Below are positions 26,476-44,960 of a DNA stretch of 64,000 nt, piece by piece (the first letter of the stretch is position 1; every line of letters begins with the position of its first letter). Source of the DNA: the human T2T-CHM13v2.0 reference genome, Homo sapiens; NCBI RefSeq assembly GCF_009914755.1, contig NC_060947.1. The stretch is one strand, 5' to 3'. A program made the translations under genes and the position numbers. The notes under the pieces were generated by a model, which saw only the letters and a list, made by a program, of their open reading frames with translations, was not told the DNA's origin and did not search any database.

Positions 26476-28249
26476 ATGGTCATATGAACATTTTACTGTC
26501 CCCTTTCACTTAAATGGCATTATGTGTTTTTGAAGCAGTGGCAATGAATTACTAATTTCTGCATCTTCTACAACAGTGACTGGCACATAGTAAATACCCA
26601 ATAAAAACTTGGAATTTTTTGATGGATGCATTCATTCAACATTATCATTTAGCCCCTGTGTGCCAGGCATTGTGACAGATGCTCAGGATACAAGACAAAG
26701 TTCCTCATGGACCTTACAATCTACTTACAGAAGAGAGATAGACAATAAATAAGTAAACAAACAAAAATATTTAGAGATTGTAATATGTGCTCTGAAGGAT
26801 ATAAACCAATTTATGTGATGTGAGTAGCCCTGGAATTGTGGAAAGTATCTGTGCCGGTCATGGTCCAATCAGGAAAATAAAAACCACCCTAGGTCTTTTA
26901 AACTGCGAGCATTTAATGCATGACACTTACAGAGCTAACAAGCCAGACAGAGGATGAGGATGCAGCAACCTAGCATTTAACAAACACAGAAAGCTGCTAC
27001 CACTCGTAGGGATGGACGGATAACAGATGAAGCCATGCAGAAGCTAAAATCATGGGTTGGACAGCCTATTGGAAGCAGGTGCCATGAATGGAAGAGTTGT
27101 TCAAGAGGAGCTGGAGCCATGGAGGAATACAGCTACCACCAGAAAACACCTCTCTGATACAGGTGGTGGGAGAAATACCCTGGGTTCTCCCTTCCTCCTA
27201 GCCACCAATCTCCTGTACATGTCTCCCATTGGACAAAAGAAGTGAGAAAGCAAGGAAATCTAACAAATGTAATTTTCAGGAGAAGAGTGGAGAATGGATC
27301 TGGATGCAAACAGGCCAGTGTTAATATAAAGCCTAGGGACTCCTGCAAAAAACAGGTGCCTAGAGACTCCTGCAAAAAACGTGTTGATCCCAGAGGTGTA
27401 AATAGATGCTGTTGAATCCAGTCATTATGTCTTGAGCACCTATTTGCCTAGAACCATATGAGTAGTTAGAGGAGACATAATGTAGTTGGTAGGGCATAAT
27501 CTCTGAAGTCAGAACAACTTGGATTGTATTCAGTTATTGGCTTTGCCACTTACTTGGGCAGATTATTCAATGTTCTATGCCCTGACAGTTTCTTTATCTG
27601 TGAATAGGGCTGACAAGATAGTTACAAAGATTTGATAAATTTGTCCAAGGAAAGTACTTAGCACAGGGCCTGGAAGCCAGTAAGAATTCAGGACAGGACA
27701 ATAGAAATCTGGAAAAGGGGTTTCCATAATCTCTGTGTTCACTCTCTTGAAGTCCTGTGATCTCCCAGAAGCCTCTTTGGTACCTAGCCAGGCACCAGCT
27801 CTCCACTCTAGTAGAGGGCCATGAGCAAAATGAAGAGAAAGACAGTCATGTCCCAGCTTATCTGTGACTCAGGTTCTCCAGTCATACAATGAACACACTA
27901 ATTGTGTACCTAAGAGTGTTAAAGAATCACTGATCCATAGATATCAGAGTTGGCCTTAATAATTGTAAAGATTATTTCCTCCAACAGTCTCATTTTACTG
28001 ATGAGAAGATATAGCCCCAGGGAATGGAAGGAGCTCCCAAAGTCACAAAGTAAGTTAGTGGCTGAGCTGGGATAAAAACTCAAACCCTTGATTCTCCAGT
28101 GAGTGGAGTGCAGTAGTGAAAACGGGTAAATACTGAAAGGACACAACTACTATAATTCCAAATATTGGAGGCCCAAGACTAACGTGTATATTATAAACTC
28201 TTATCTTTACAAAGCAATATTTCGTACATACATTACTACCTATTTTTAT

Positions 28250-31200
28250 TTATTCATAAAATCAATAAATATGTGTGCCTACAATGTGCCAGGTATAGTA
28301 TGTTAAGCACTGATGCCATAGCAGTGAACAAGATGGACAGAGTTCATGCCCTCATTTCTATTCAATAAACAACTAAATCTGGTAAGCAAATGTGCTAATA
28401 CAGATGGTGATAAGTGCTATAAAAGAAAGAAAGTGAAGGGATAGAGTAACTCTGGGGGAGGAAAGGGAGTTTAGATAAGGAAGGCTTCTCCAAGGAGAAG
28501 GTATTCAAATTAAGGCCTAAAGGCTTAAGGCGAGCCAGCCATGTAAGAGGTAGGGGGAAAGTATTCCAGGCACAGAAAACAGAAAGTACAGAAGCCCAAA
28601 GGATTGAACTGGCATGTAATGTTGCAGGAATTAGAAGCGCAATGAGGCTGAAACCTAGAAAGAAAGAGGGAGAATGATAGGAGACAAATTTGACAGAAGC
28701 CAGGTCATATAAAGCCTTGAAGACCATAGTAAAACAATCTGGATTTATTCTATGAACTACAGGGAGAGAGGCGTGGGAACTGAGGGATTTTTAAGCAGGA
28801 GAATTAACTGATCCGATTTACATTTTTAAAAGATTTACATTGTCTTTTAAAAAACTGTTGTTTTTACAGGGGAAAGATGATGGTGACTTGGACTGGAAGA
28901 ACAGTAAAGATGATGGACAGAGGTAAAAAGATTTGAGATATATTTTAGAGATAGAAATAACAGAGCTTGATGATGGATTGGATGTGGAGTGTGAGGGAAA
29001 AAAATGAAGAAATTCCAGAAAACTTTAGGTTTTTGGTTTGCAATACTGGGTAGATGGTGGCACTTTGGCTAATGTGGGGAGACTGGCATAAGCTCGGGTT
29101 TGAAGAGGGAAAAAACTCAAGACTTCCATTTGAATGTATTGAGAGTGAGCTGCCCAATAGTTATATTATTAGAGGGGATGTCAGGAAGACAACTAGATAT
29201 GAAAGCCTGGAGCTCAGGAGAGAAGATCTAGCTGGACATACACATTTTGGAGTCTTCCTCATATTTATGATATTTAAAGTCCCAAGACAGGATGTAATCA
29301 TCTAGGAGGGAACATAGATTTTAAAAAGGGCCCTGGACAAATCCTGAGGTTCTTAACAATTAGATAAAAGTTCCACAGAGAAGGAGAGATTTATCTATAG
29401 AGACTGAGAAGCAGTGGCCAATAAGGTAAAAATAAAACGAGGATAAATCATATTCAGGTGAATGTTTCAAGACTAGGTGTGTGAAATGTTGAAAAGTTAA
29501 ATGATATGCCCATTGTACTGGCAACAAGGTTGGTGATTTTGACAAAAGTAGCTTCACTGGCATGAGAGTAAGAAAGATCATATTGGAGGGGTAGAGGAGT
29601 GAATGAAGGGAGTAAAGAGTGAGCAAAAGTAAACAAGTAGAGACAATGAGTGTAGACAACACTTTGAGAAGTTCTCCTGTGAAGGGAATAAGACAAGACA
29701 ATATTTGGAAGGGGATGTGAGGTCAAGGAAGTCCTTTTTATTCTTTTAACATGCAAATAAGGACATATTGATATAATGATGGGAATGAGAGGAAAGGCTT
29801 ATCACATAAGACCTTGCTAGTTGAAGCATGGTCGACAAACCAACAACAACATCATCACCTGGGTGTTTGTTAGAAATGTAGAACCTCAAGCCCCATCCCA
29901 CATCTACTTAATCATAATCTACATTTCAACTAGATCCTCAGATGATCTGCATGTACATTTAAGTTTGAGAAGCACTGGTTTAAGAGAGGGGATACCTGCA
30001 GGAGCAAAGTCCTTCAGAAAGTGAGAGGGGATGGATTCCAGAGCAAAAAAGATTTGCCTTGATAGGAGCAAAATCACTTCCTGAACTCTAGCAGACAAGA
30101 AGAGAAAATGGGTAAATGTGCAGGTGATGGTGAGCCTATAGATTTGGTGAATAAAAGGGAAGGAAATACCCCTACAACGTTTTTAAAATTTTTCTCCATG
30201 AAGCTGAGAGAGGATTATGGAGGGAGGTGTCAGTGGAGGTTACAGAAAGGAGGAGCAAGTGTGAAATAGTTCTTTCAGCACAGTGGCTCTCAATCTTGGC
30301 TGCACATTGGAATTATGTGGGAAGCTTTAAAAACCATAGATGTCTAAATCCCACCTTCAGGGATTATTATTTCATTGGAATAGGATACAGCCTGGGCATC
30401 AGGATTTTAAAAAGCTCCCCAGATGATTCTAATGTGCAACTAAGGTTGAGAGATGCTGTCTGAGAGGCAGTGGAAAAGTAAGCACATCAGGGACATACGG
30501 TAGGGCTTGCAGGAAATGTTAAGTATCTACAAAAAAATAAATAAAAATCAGTATATCTTAGGAATAGGGGCACACACACAAAAAATAAATGTTGAGTGCC
30601 TAATTCAGACTTGTGGTAAAGAAAAATAAATCAGCCCAACTGTAGCAATTGTCTCCAGTCTATTTTTATCTTCAGGCACGGGTATAGAGATGACAGGTGG
30701 GTGGGTGAAATCTAGAGGAGATTTGCCGTGCAAATACAATGGGAAAATAAATGGATAATAGAGTTGCAAGCATTTGCAAGGAAGTGATCATAATAGTGGA
30801 CCAAGGAATCTAACCCAGACACAAGGAAAAAGAGGTCATGAAAAAAGGTGTTGGGTAATGGGGTAAGGTCAATTAAATGGTAGGGACAATGAATTGGAGA
30901 TTCTGATATGTGGACGAATTGTTGGAAATGTATCAAAGTGAACTGGAATAAGAGGACACAGTAGTCAGAGAGAAGACGCTTGAAATAAATCAAGATTGTG
31001 AAAGTAATCCAGTTGGTTACTGGTTATGACAAGATCTAGAGTGTTATCACAGAAGTGTTCCGGCTGAGTGAAGTGCAGAAAAAAGCTGTGAAAGGTGAGG
31101 TCAAAGTTGAATAGGCCACCTACAGGAATGTTGAGGTCATACAGACAGAAGAAAGGATTAAGACAAGTGATGATCTAGAAGTTAAAGTCTTCGGTGAATG

Positions 31201-31660
31201 AAAAAGAATGTCCAGAAAGACAGTCTATGCACCAAGAATTATGCACCAAGTGCCTACTATATGCCAAGGTCTGTTCTAGGTGCTGGGTATATAGCAGTGA
31301 GTAAGACAGACTAGGCCTCTATCCTCCAGGAGCTTATGTTCTAATACAGATTTAGACATTGAACACAAAAACAAAAAATAAGGTAACATAGGTACTAAAT
31401 AATTATTATAAAAATAATAATGTAATAGCAGGTGACTGGTAGAGGGAGATACTGCTTTACCTAGGCACACAAAGTAGGCCCCTCTAAAGAAGTGACATCT
31501 GAGTTGACACTGGAATAATTAGAAGAAACCATTCATTCAAAGGTCTGGGGAAATAGCATTCCAAACGAGAAGGAACAACAAAAGCAAAGGCCCAGAGATG
31601 GAAATGAGGCTGAGATGCACAAGGGATAGGAGAAGGCCAATGTGACAGAGTTTGGGTAAC
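28250..31660 (-). mobile_element. Long degraded L2 segments with MER5 insertions (~29815-29980, ~30276-30460)
   Basis: Antisense L2 3' termini and GA-rich L2 ORF2 remnants; MER5 motifs (atcacctggg..gttagaaatg, aagtttgagaagcactg). Confidence 0.65.
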
Positions 31661-31969
31661 TATAATTATTGATAGAAAATGATATCAGGGACTCAGGCAG
31701 GGCCAGAACGTCAGGAAATGAAAGCACAAGGAAGAGATAGTGGGTGGCAGAGGCAGATGGCATGTGCTGCAAAGAAGCCGGGGTTCTGAAGGCAGAGGGG
31801 AAGAAATGGGAAACATGATAGATGTTATCCTCAAATAAGCTAATACAAAATAATTTAAAGCAAGATGTTAGTGCAATAGGAAAAGTGCATATAGGTACAT
31901 ACATAAATATAATCTTAGACTTTGAGAAGAAAAATCCAGCTGAACGAATTATCAAGGTAATCTAGCCCC

Positions 31970-32140
31970 TTGATACTACTCAAAGTATGGGGCTTGGAAT
32001 AGCAGCATCAATATCACCTGGGAGGTTACTAGAAATGCAGAATCCCAGATGTACCCCAGACCTACTGACTCAGCATGAAGATTTTCATAAGTTCGCCAGT
32101 GACTCATGTGCACATTAAAGTGTGAGAAGCTCAGCTCTAG
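31970..32140. mobile_element. MER5A hAT MITE
   Basis: ctactcaaagt...atcacctggga..tagaaatgcagaatc...cacattaaagtgtgagaagc. Confidence 0.7.
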
Positions 32141-33952
32141 ACCAAACTCCTGTCATTGTGTTGGAGCCATTAAGGTAATTTTATTTGCCCTCCCCCGACC
32201 TCAAAAGGAAACATCTTTATCAGCATTTGGAAGCACGATAGTCAGAGATGCTGAGGACAGGCAGAATTCCTGATTTTAAAAAAAGGTTTACTGAGCATGT
32301 GGGCTCCCATCTCCTCTGTGGGAATATCAGCTAGGTAGTCATTCCCCTCAGAACACAATTCTTCATCCCCATGTTTTCCAAACATGTCCCTGACACTGTA
32401 AACCCATGATCCCCAGGGAAACTTGAAGCAAGCTCTTGAAGCAGCTCCAAGCAGATCAAGGAAGAGCAGGAAGTGGTCATGCTTGTCTTCCTTCAGACAA
32501 CAACAGTCAAAGCTTGGAGACAGGATCAGATGCTGCTCAATAGGCTGCTGTAGAAAGCATCACCCTGGAAAGTAGGGGGTCTTGGCCCAGTACTCTTCCC
32601 CCAGGCCACTTCAGCTTGATCACCCAGTCAAATGAAAGGCCTGTTCCTTCCACCAAGGTATATACCCACTAGTTAGTCTCGTTCTTTAAGCTCTCCATGG
32701 GCTCTCTACTCTCAAATTTGTAGAACTGAAGTGACTTTAAGTTCACTTCTTCCTAACGTCTGTCTCTTTTCTCTTTACCTCCCTCTTATCTTCCTCCCAT
32801 GCCATGCCTTCAGCCTCAAACAGCTTCTTGTCTACCAAATAATTTGCTCTCCAGTTCACTATTGATTTTCAGGACAAAGGCAGGAACTGAAATAATGGCA
32901 TGAGGAGTTTCAATTAGATGAGCAGATTTAACCTCTATCCAGACAATGGTGTTGATTAAATCACTTGGGTGGATTCAGGACCTGCAAATCTCACATATAT
33001 TATGTATCTCTTCAAAGATTCTCTGAAAAGCTAAATTCAAATATTAATGTCCAACCTTATGAAATCCCATCACTGAAGGTATCCAAGCAGAGTCTAGAAA
33101 AGTACCTGCCAGAGATGCTGTAGAATGACTCTTCCATTGATAGAAGGCTGCACTGGAGAACCATGCAAAGAAGTCAGTGAGCCAAGGGGAGAAGGGCACC
33201 GGACTAGCAGTTGGGTGACTGCTAACTTCCTATGTAGCCTCGGATAAGCTACTCAGTCTCCTCATCTGTCAAATGATGTGTGTGATTAGAACCTCTCAAT
33301 ACTTTTTGACCTCTGCTTTTGTAGAATGTAGGGAGGGTCCTTCAGAGGCTACTTCTTGTCCTGGGGTACATGTGGGAGGCTGACTGGGAGGAGCTCTAGG
33401 CTCCACTTTAACCAAAGTGGTTCTCCTTTCACCTGTTTTACACATTAAGCTTCCAGGTAAGATTATGATTGAACATAGTTCCTGCTTCTAAAAAAACAAA
33501 GTGAAACTACATCAAATGGAAAGTCTGGGCAACTGACCTCCTGTTTTATTTGCCCACCACAGTGTCTTAAATGCTTGTTGGAGGCTAAACAATATGTATT
33601 TCAAAAAGCTCAATATATTTTACATAAAAATCTGGACTTCATATAAAAATACAGCTTCTCTTGAAACACTGGAAAGTCTGGAAGCCCTGGGCTTGTATTC
33701 CCACCTTGCAATAATGAGCTTGAGCTCGGCAGCAGCTACGTTCCTTAAAGCCAGAGCCCCTGCCCACTGGCCCCTGCCCAGCTTCTGCAGGCATCTGCAT
33801 GGTGACCAGATGCCTGGTCGCCAGAGACCACTGCCCTCCAGGTCTCTCTGATTTTCAGCTTCTTTACCCCTCCACAGGTCTAGGAGACCAAACCCAGAAT
33901 GGGTTGTTCTAGAAATGGCTGTGTCCATACATGAGGGGTGAGGTCTATGTAG

Positions 33953-34105
33953 AGCAGTGCTTCTCAAACTTTAATGTTCATGGATGTTTTTGTTAAAATG
34001 AAAATTCTGATTCAGTAGGTCTGGGGTGGTGCCTAAGGGTCTGCATTTCTAACAGGCCTTCAGGTAATGTGGATACTGCTAGTCCAGGGACCACACTTTA
34101 GATGT
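33953..34105. mobile_element. MER5A hAT MITE
   Basis: agcagtgcttctcaaactttaatg...ctgattcagtaggtctgggg...gggaccacacttt. Confidence 0.75.
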
Positions 34106-34469
34106 TAGGGGCCCGTAGAAAAGAGAAACAAGTGAGGAAACAAGAGGGTTGGCCTTCAGCCCCTATTCTTACTAACCTTCAGTATTCTGGGGAAACCACT
34201 AAACCTTCTGTTTGGTGGGCCTGCTAAGCCTTTCTCCAGTGAGGTGGTGAGAAGACAAAAAGAGAATCTTCCAGCCAGAGGAATGCTTGAAGAGAAAAAG
34301 AATTACAAAGAAAGCCAGCATGGTGTCTGTTTAGAGGGAGGTGAGGCTTCTTCCAGGGGATCTGACCCCCTTCCCTGACCTCAAATGTCTTAGGCCATCT
34401 CTCAGGTTTGAGGAGCTGATTCCTGAGCTCCAAGGGAAACTTGCATTACTGGTGAAAGTTTTGAGAGGG

Positions 34470-34670
34470 TGAAAGAAAGGAGAAGAAAAGGAGGAAAAGG
34501 AGGAGGAAGATAAACAGGAGGATGAGGAAGAGAGGGAGGGGACGAAAAGGAGAGACAAGAAAAATGGAAAAGAAGGAGGATGAAGACATGGTGATGAATG
34601 AGGAGAAAAGAAGAGGAGGAGGGGGAAGGAGAGAGGAGAAGGGAAAGAAGGAAGGATGAGGAAGAGGGAA
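34470..34670. repeat. GA-rich low-complexity polypurine tract
   Basis: About 200 bp of almost exclusively G/A (gaggag, gaagga). Confidence 0.85.
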
Positions 34671-34708
34671 CCTTAAGAGATCAAGCCTGAGGTTTTTCCT
34701 AAAGTCCC

Positions 34709-35065
34709 TGTATTAGTTCATTCACATGCTGCATGAAGAAATACCCGAAACTGAGCAATTTATAAAGAAAAGAGGTTTAATTGACTCACAGTTCTGAATG
34801 ACTTGGTGGACGGTGGCTCAGGAAACTTACAATCATGGCATAAGGCACCTCTTCAAAGGGCAGCAGGAGAGAGAATGTACAATGAGTAAAGGGGAAGCCC
34901 CTTATAAAACCATCAGATCTCATGAGAACTCAGTATCATGAGAACACCATAGAGGAAACCACCCCCATGATTCAATTACCTCCCACCAGGTCCCTCTCTT
35001 GACACATGGGGATTTTTACAATTCAAGGTGAGATTTGGGTGGGGACACATAGCCAAAACATATCA
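34709..35065 (-). mobile_element. MSTA/THE1D-type solo LTR
   Basis: tgtattagt...gactcacagttc...ggcacctcttca...gggggacacatagccaaaacatatca. Confidence 0.85.
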
Positions 35066-38061
35066 GGCTTCTCCCTTGCTAGAATCCTCTATCCTCATCG
35101 GGCCCCTCCTCACAGTAAGGCATTCTCACAGGACAATCCTAAGGTCCACTTTCCAGCTCTAAAATTCAATGCTTTTCTGAAGTGCTATGACAACAGAATG
35201 AGCTGGCTCCATCCAGCCTGCCTATGGTGAGCTGTCTCCTCTTCCTCTCCTGTCTCACAGCAGGAGCCACCCAACAAAGCCAATGCTTCATCTTCCTGAT
35301 ACGATAGATTCCCAGAGATCATATAGGCTGCTGTGGAATCCCTAATGGGGTAAACTGGGAAGGAGAAGAGAAGGCATTGCCTCTACAAATATACATATTA
35401 GTTGCCAAGGCCTGTTACCTCTACTCCTATGGCATTTCTTCTGTGTGCCCCCTCCTCTCCATACCCATAACCATTACCCTGGGTTAGACTCTTGTTTATT
35501 ATATCTCTCCTGGACCATCCCATCAGCCTCCTATGTGTCCCCTCACCTCAATTTTTGCTGCCTTCCAATAAATTCTCACAAGGCTGCTGAAGTTATATTC
35601 TGAAAGCACTGCGTGAATCAGATCCTCCCCTGATCAAACACTTTTAATGACTCCCAACTGCATACAAGATTAACTTCAAATTCCTTAGCAAGATATTAAC
35701 AAGTATCTACAACCTGTCCCTAAGTACTCTTCTACCTACTCTTTAGTCTCTTTGTATATTCTTTCAGAATTTATTTTCCCCTACTTCTGGCTGTCTACGT
35801 CCTAGCCATCCTTCCAGGCCTGGATCAAATGCCATCTATTAATTAAAGCCTGGACCCAAGTTGAAATCCATCTCCCTTTCTGTAAATGCAAATGATGTTT
35901 TGCTGGTGCACTTTTTCAGCCACTTGCCACAGCTTCGTTTATGTAGTTAGCCATTTATGAACTTGTCTCCTACATATAATTTTGCTTGCTCATAGCCTCT
36001 GTCAGAGCCCCTAGTGTTGAGAGGCTCTCAGAAAATGTTTGTTGAGTGAATTGGTGTTCAGAGAAAGGAGAAAAAAAGGCCAGAGCTTGGGTTCTGAGAA
36101 AGGCAGAGCAAACTCTGAGAGGACTAGAGCAAGCCATGCAGGGTCCAACTTTCACTACTCTGAGGCTTGCTAAGGATGCCTCCATCTCCTCTCATGCCTC
36201 TCTTGATGCCTGAAATTCTGCAGAGTGACACCTTTTGGGGTTGGAAACATTTTGGAGGTATCTGAGAAATGCAAACAGCCTTGAAAGAGGGACACACCTA
36301 AGGCAGTGATTCTCAAAGGGTGGTTTGCAAACTTTTAGTGAATGATGAAGTGGATCCATATGTGTGGTAAAATCAATTAGATATATCCTGATGAGATTTT
36401 TTTTTGACAGGAAATATCAGACTACAGGTAAGGTTACACCAACATCAGCTGGAAGCAATATAGAACTTGAGCTAGTTTACCTCTCTGTACCTCAGTTTCT
36501 CCATCTGGAAAACAAGAATAATATTAATACCTATATCAAAAAGTTGCTCTGAGGAGTAAACAAGTGAGTTCATGTAAAGTTTTTAGCACAATGCCTGGCA
36601 TATGTTAGCTCTGTTGGGTGGAAGTAGAGGTAGGGTTGAGGGGATTGCAGAAATGACCACTAAGGATGGTGAAGGACTTTGCCATACCTGATGCAGACCA
36701 TGTGGACTGACACCCATTCATGATGGGTGCAGATATAAAAAGACTTGTGTGGGCAGCTGGCAAGATGGCCAAATAAGAAAAGCTCAGGTCTGCAGTTCCC
36801 AGCAAGATCAACACAGAAGGTGGATGATTTCTGCATTTCCAACTGAGGTACCAGACTCATCTCACTGGAACTGGTTAGACAGTGGGTGCAGCCCACAGAG
36901 GGTGAGCAGAAGCAGGGTGGGACATCACCTCACCCGTGAAGCTCAAGGGGTAGGGGAATTCCCTCCCCTAGCCAAGGGAAGCCATGAGGGACTGTGCCAT
37001 GAGGAAAGATGCATTGCAGCCTAGATACTACACTTTTCCCATGGTCTTCACAAGATATAGACCAGGAGATTCCCTCCAGTACCTATGCCACAAGGGCCCT
37101 GGGTTTCAAGCACAAAACTGGGTGGCTGTTTGGGTGGACACCGAGCTAGCTGCAGGAGTTTCTTTTCATATCACAGTGGTGCCTGGAATGCCAGCGAGAC
37201 AGAACCATTCACTTCCCTGGAAAGGGGGCTGAAGCCAGGGAGCCAAGGGATCTAGCTCAGTGGATCCCACTCACCATCTTAGCAAGCTAAGATCCACTGG
37301 CTTGAAATTCTTGCTGGCAGCACAGCAGTCTGAAGTCGATCTGGGATGCTCCAGCTTGGTGGCGGTAGGGGCATCCACTATTACTGAGGCATGAGTAAGC
37401 AGTTTTCCCCTCACAGCATAAACAAAGCCACTGGGAAGTTACAACTGGGCAGAGCCCACTAGTCCACCTCTCTAGATTCCTCCTCTCTGGGCAGGGCATC
37501 TCTGCAAAAAGGCAGCAGCCCCAGTCAGGGGATTTTAGATAAAACTCCCATCTCCCTGGGACAGAGCATCTGGGGGCAAAGGCGGCTGTGGGTGCAGCTT
37601 CAGTGGACTTAAACATATTTCTGCCTACCAGTTCTAAAGAAAGCAGTGGATCTCCCAGCACAGCACTTGAGCTCTGCTAAGGGACAGACTGCCTCCTCAA
37701 ATGGGTCCCTTACCCACGTATCTCCTGACTGGGAGACACCTCTCAGCAGGGATTGACAGACACCTCATACAGGAGAGCTCTGACTGGCATCTGGTGAGTA
37801 CCCCTCTGGAACGAAGCTTCCAGAGGAAGAAACAGGCAGCAATCTTTGCTCTTCTGCATGCTCTGCTGGTGATACCCCGGCAAACAGGGTCTGGAGTGGA
37901 TGTCCAGCAAACTCCAGCAGACCTGCAGCAGACGGGCCTGTTAGAAGAAAAACTAACAAACAGAAAGGAATAGTATCACCATCAACAAAAAGGACATCCA
38001 CACCAAAACCATGTCCAAAGATCACCAACATCAAAGACCAAAGGTAGATAAATCCACAAAG

Positions 38062-39088
38062 ATGGGGAGAAACAAGTGCAAAAAGGCTGAAAATCGCAAA
38101 AACCAGAATGCCTCTTCTCCTCCAAAGGATCACAACTCCTCACCGGCAAGGGAAGAAAACTGGATGGAGAATGAGTTTGACAAATTGACAGAAGTAGGGT
38201 TCTGAAGGTGGGTAATAACAAACTCCTCCGAGCTAAAGGAGCATGTTCTAACCCAATGCAAGGAAGGTAAGAACCTTGAAAAAAGGTTAGGCAAATTGCT
38301 AACTAGAATAACCAATTTAGAGAAGAACATAACCTGATGGGGCTAAAAAACACAGCATGAGAACTTCGTGAAGCATACACAAGTATCAATAGCTGAATTG
38401 ATCAAGCAGAAGAAAGGATATCAGAAATTGAAAATTCACTTAATGAAATAAAGCGAGAAAACAAGATTAGAGAAAAAAGAATGAAAAGGAACAAACAAAG
38501 CCTCCAAGAAATATGGGACGATGTGAAAAGACCAAATCTACATTTGATTGGTGTACCTGAAAGTGATGGGGAGAATGGAACCAAGTTGGAAAACACTCTT
38601 TAGGATATTATCCAGGAGAACTTCCCCAACCTAAAAAGACAGGGCAACATTCAAATTCAGGAAGTACAAAGAACACCACAAAGATACTCCTTGAGAAGAG
38701 CAACCCCAAGACACATAATCATTAGATTCACCAAGGTTGAAATGCAGGAAAAATTGTTAAGGGGAGCCAGAGAGAAAAGTCGGATTACCCACAAGGGGAA
38801 GCCAATCAGACTAACAGCAGATCTCTCTGCAGAAACCCTACAGAAGAAAAGCCAGAAGAGAGTGATGAATATTGATTCAACATTCATAAAGAGAAGAATT
38901 TTCAACCCAGAATTTCATATCCAGCCACACTATGCTTCATAAGCGAAGGAGAAATAAAATCCTTTACAGACAAGCAAATGCTGAGAGATTTGGTCACCAA
39001 ATCTGCCTTACAAGAGCTCCCGAAGGAAGCACTAAACATGGAAAGGAACAGCCAGTACCAGCCACTGCAAAAACATACCAAATTGTAA
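38062..39088 (+). pseudogene. Disrupted L1 ORF1p
   Basis: MGRNKCKKAEN...WMENEFDKLTEVGF* and RRATPRHIIIRFTKVEM...PIRLTADLSAETLQ fragments, broken by stops and frameshifts. Confidence 0.9.
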
Positions 39089-39151
39089 AGACCATCGGCA
39101 CTATGAAGAAACCGCATCAACTAACAGCCCAAATAACCAGATAGTATCATA

Positions 39152-42969
<3,818 letters not shown>

Positions 42970-43619
42970 ACAATGAGAACACATGGACACAGGGAGGGGA
43001 ATATCACATACCGGGGCCTGCTGGGGGTTGGGGGCTGGGGGAGGGCTAGCATTAGGAGAAATACCCAATGTAGATGACGGGTTGATGGGTGCAGCAAACC
43101 ACCATGTCACGTGTATACCTATGTAACAAACCTGCACGTCCTGCACATGTATCCTAGAACTTAAAGTATAATTTAAAAAAATTTTTTTAAACAAAGACTT
43201 GTTTGTATGCATTCACACAGACACACAGAGTGGACTCACAAGCCCTTAGTCTCTGTCAGGAGCCAGGTATGCTGGTTGCTTCACTCCTATGAGGAATCTG
43301 TGCCTGTCACAGAATTAAGGTGCTTGAGGCCAAGAGGAGAAGGAGGCCCAGGCTTGTGGCGGCAACTATTAGAAGCAGTGAAAATATCCCAGCCCCAAAC
43401 CCCGGAGCCTAGATTGAGAAAGTCTCATGAAACCCTGGCAGCCAGACAAATTAAATCCAGGCAGGCATAAGACAACGTGTTTATTTTTCTTCACTCTTTC
43501 TCTCCTTTTGTGCTATGATTCTTTTGTGAGCCTCCCTCTAGAACCTCTCAGGGTGTTTAGGTTTATTTTATATTCTTGAAGAGAAGGAAAGCAATAAAGG
43601 GAAGGATACAGTGGGGGAA

Positions 43620-44960
43620 GCATTTGTTTTATTTATTTATTCAAATAATATTTATCTCATACCTTCTATGCGCTAGGCACTGTTCCTTTTCCAGGCATTG
43701 GGGATATTTTGGTGAATAAAACTGTCAAAATCCTTGCTCTCATGGTGCTTATATTCTAGCAGGGAGAGACAAATGACAAACAAATAAAATATATAGTATA
43801 TCAGATGGTTATAACTGCTACTGACGGGAAAAGCAGAGAGGGTGGGGAAAAGTATTATGCAATTTTTAAAATGATGGACAGGGTAAGTCTCATTGAGAAG
43901 ATGACTTATAAACAATACTTGAGCAAGGTGAGATGGCCAGCCATGCAGACATCTGAAAACAGAATGTTCCAGGTGAAAGGAATAGCCAGCAAGGCCTTAA
44001 GGCTGGCATGTGCCAGGCAACTCTAAAGAAGAGTGGGGAGGCTGGTGTGACTGAAGTGGAATGAGCACTGAACTATAGTAGAAGATAAGGTGACTGAGGT
44101 AATGGGGACCTGATCATGTAAGGTCTTAAATATCATTGTGAGAATTGAGCATTTACTCTTAGTGAGATGGGAGACAACTGAAGGATTCTGAGCAGAAGAG
44201 TGACATGTGATATGATTTGACTTAAGTTTCAATACACTCAGACTGGATATTGTGTAAATAATTGACTGTAGGACGTTAAGAGAGGAAACAGAGCAGTAAG
44301 GAGGATATTGTAGCATTCCTAGATAACAGTAGTTTAGACTAGAGTGACAGCAGAGGAGGTGGTGAGAACTAATCAATTTTAAATATATTTTGAAGGTAGA
44401 ACCAACAGGATTTCTGGAGGGATTAGATGTGGGATGTGGAAGAAAATGAGCCATAAGGCTTTTATTCTGAGCATCTGGAAGGAAGCATCTGGAATTTGCT
44501 ATTAATTGAGGTAGGGAGGGAAAAGTGCAGAAGAACTTGATCTTGATTTTTGTATCAGGAGTTCAGTTTGGGACATATTAAATTTGTAATGCCTATTAGA
44601 TATGTAAGTGGAGAGGTTAAGTAGTCAGTTAGATATACATGTTGAAGGAAAAGGCCAGGCTGGAGATATAAATTTTGGAGACATTAACGTGTTAGTTTTA
44701 CTTAGAGTAATGAGTCTAAATGAGGTCACCAAGGAAGGAAATAGAAATGAAGAAAAGAAGAGGTCCAATGACTAACACCTGAAGACTTCTAATATTTAGA
44801 GGTTGGGGAGGTGAGAAGAAAATAGCAAAGAAGTCTGAGAAGGAGCAATCAGTGAGGTGGGAGTGAAACTAGGAGAGTCTTGAAAGCCAAGGAAGTCTAG
44901 GAAGCCAAGGAAGAAAGAGTTTCAAGGAGGAAAGAGTTGTCAACTTTGTCAAGTGCTGAT
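43620..44960 (-). mobile_element. L2 fragment
   Basis: Antisense L2 3' end (ttattcaaata..ctaggcactgt..) and internal ttgaaggtagaaccaacaggatt motif. Confidence 0.7.
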
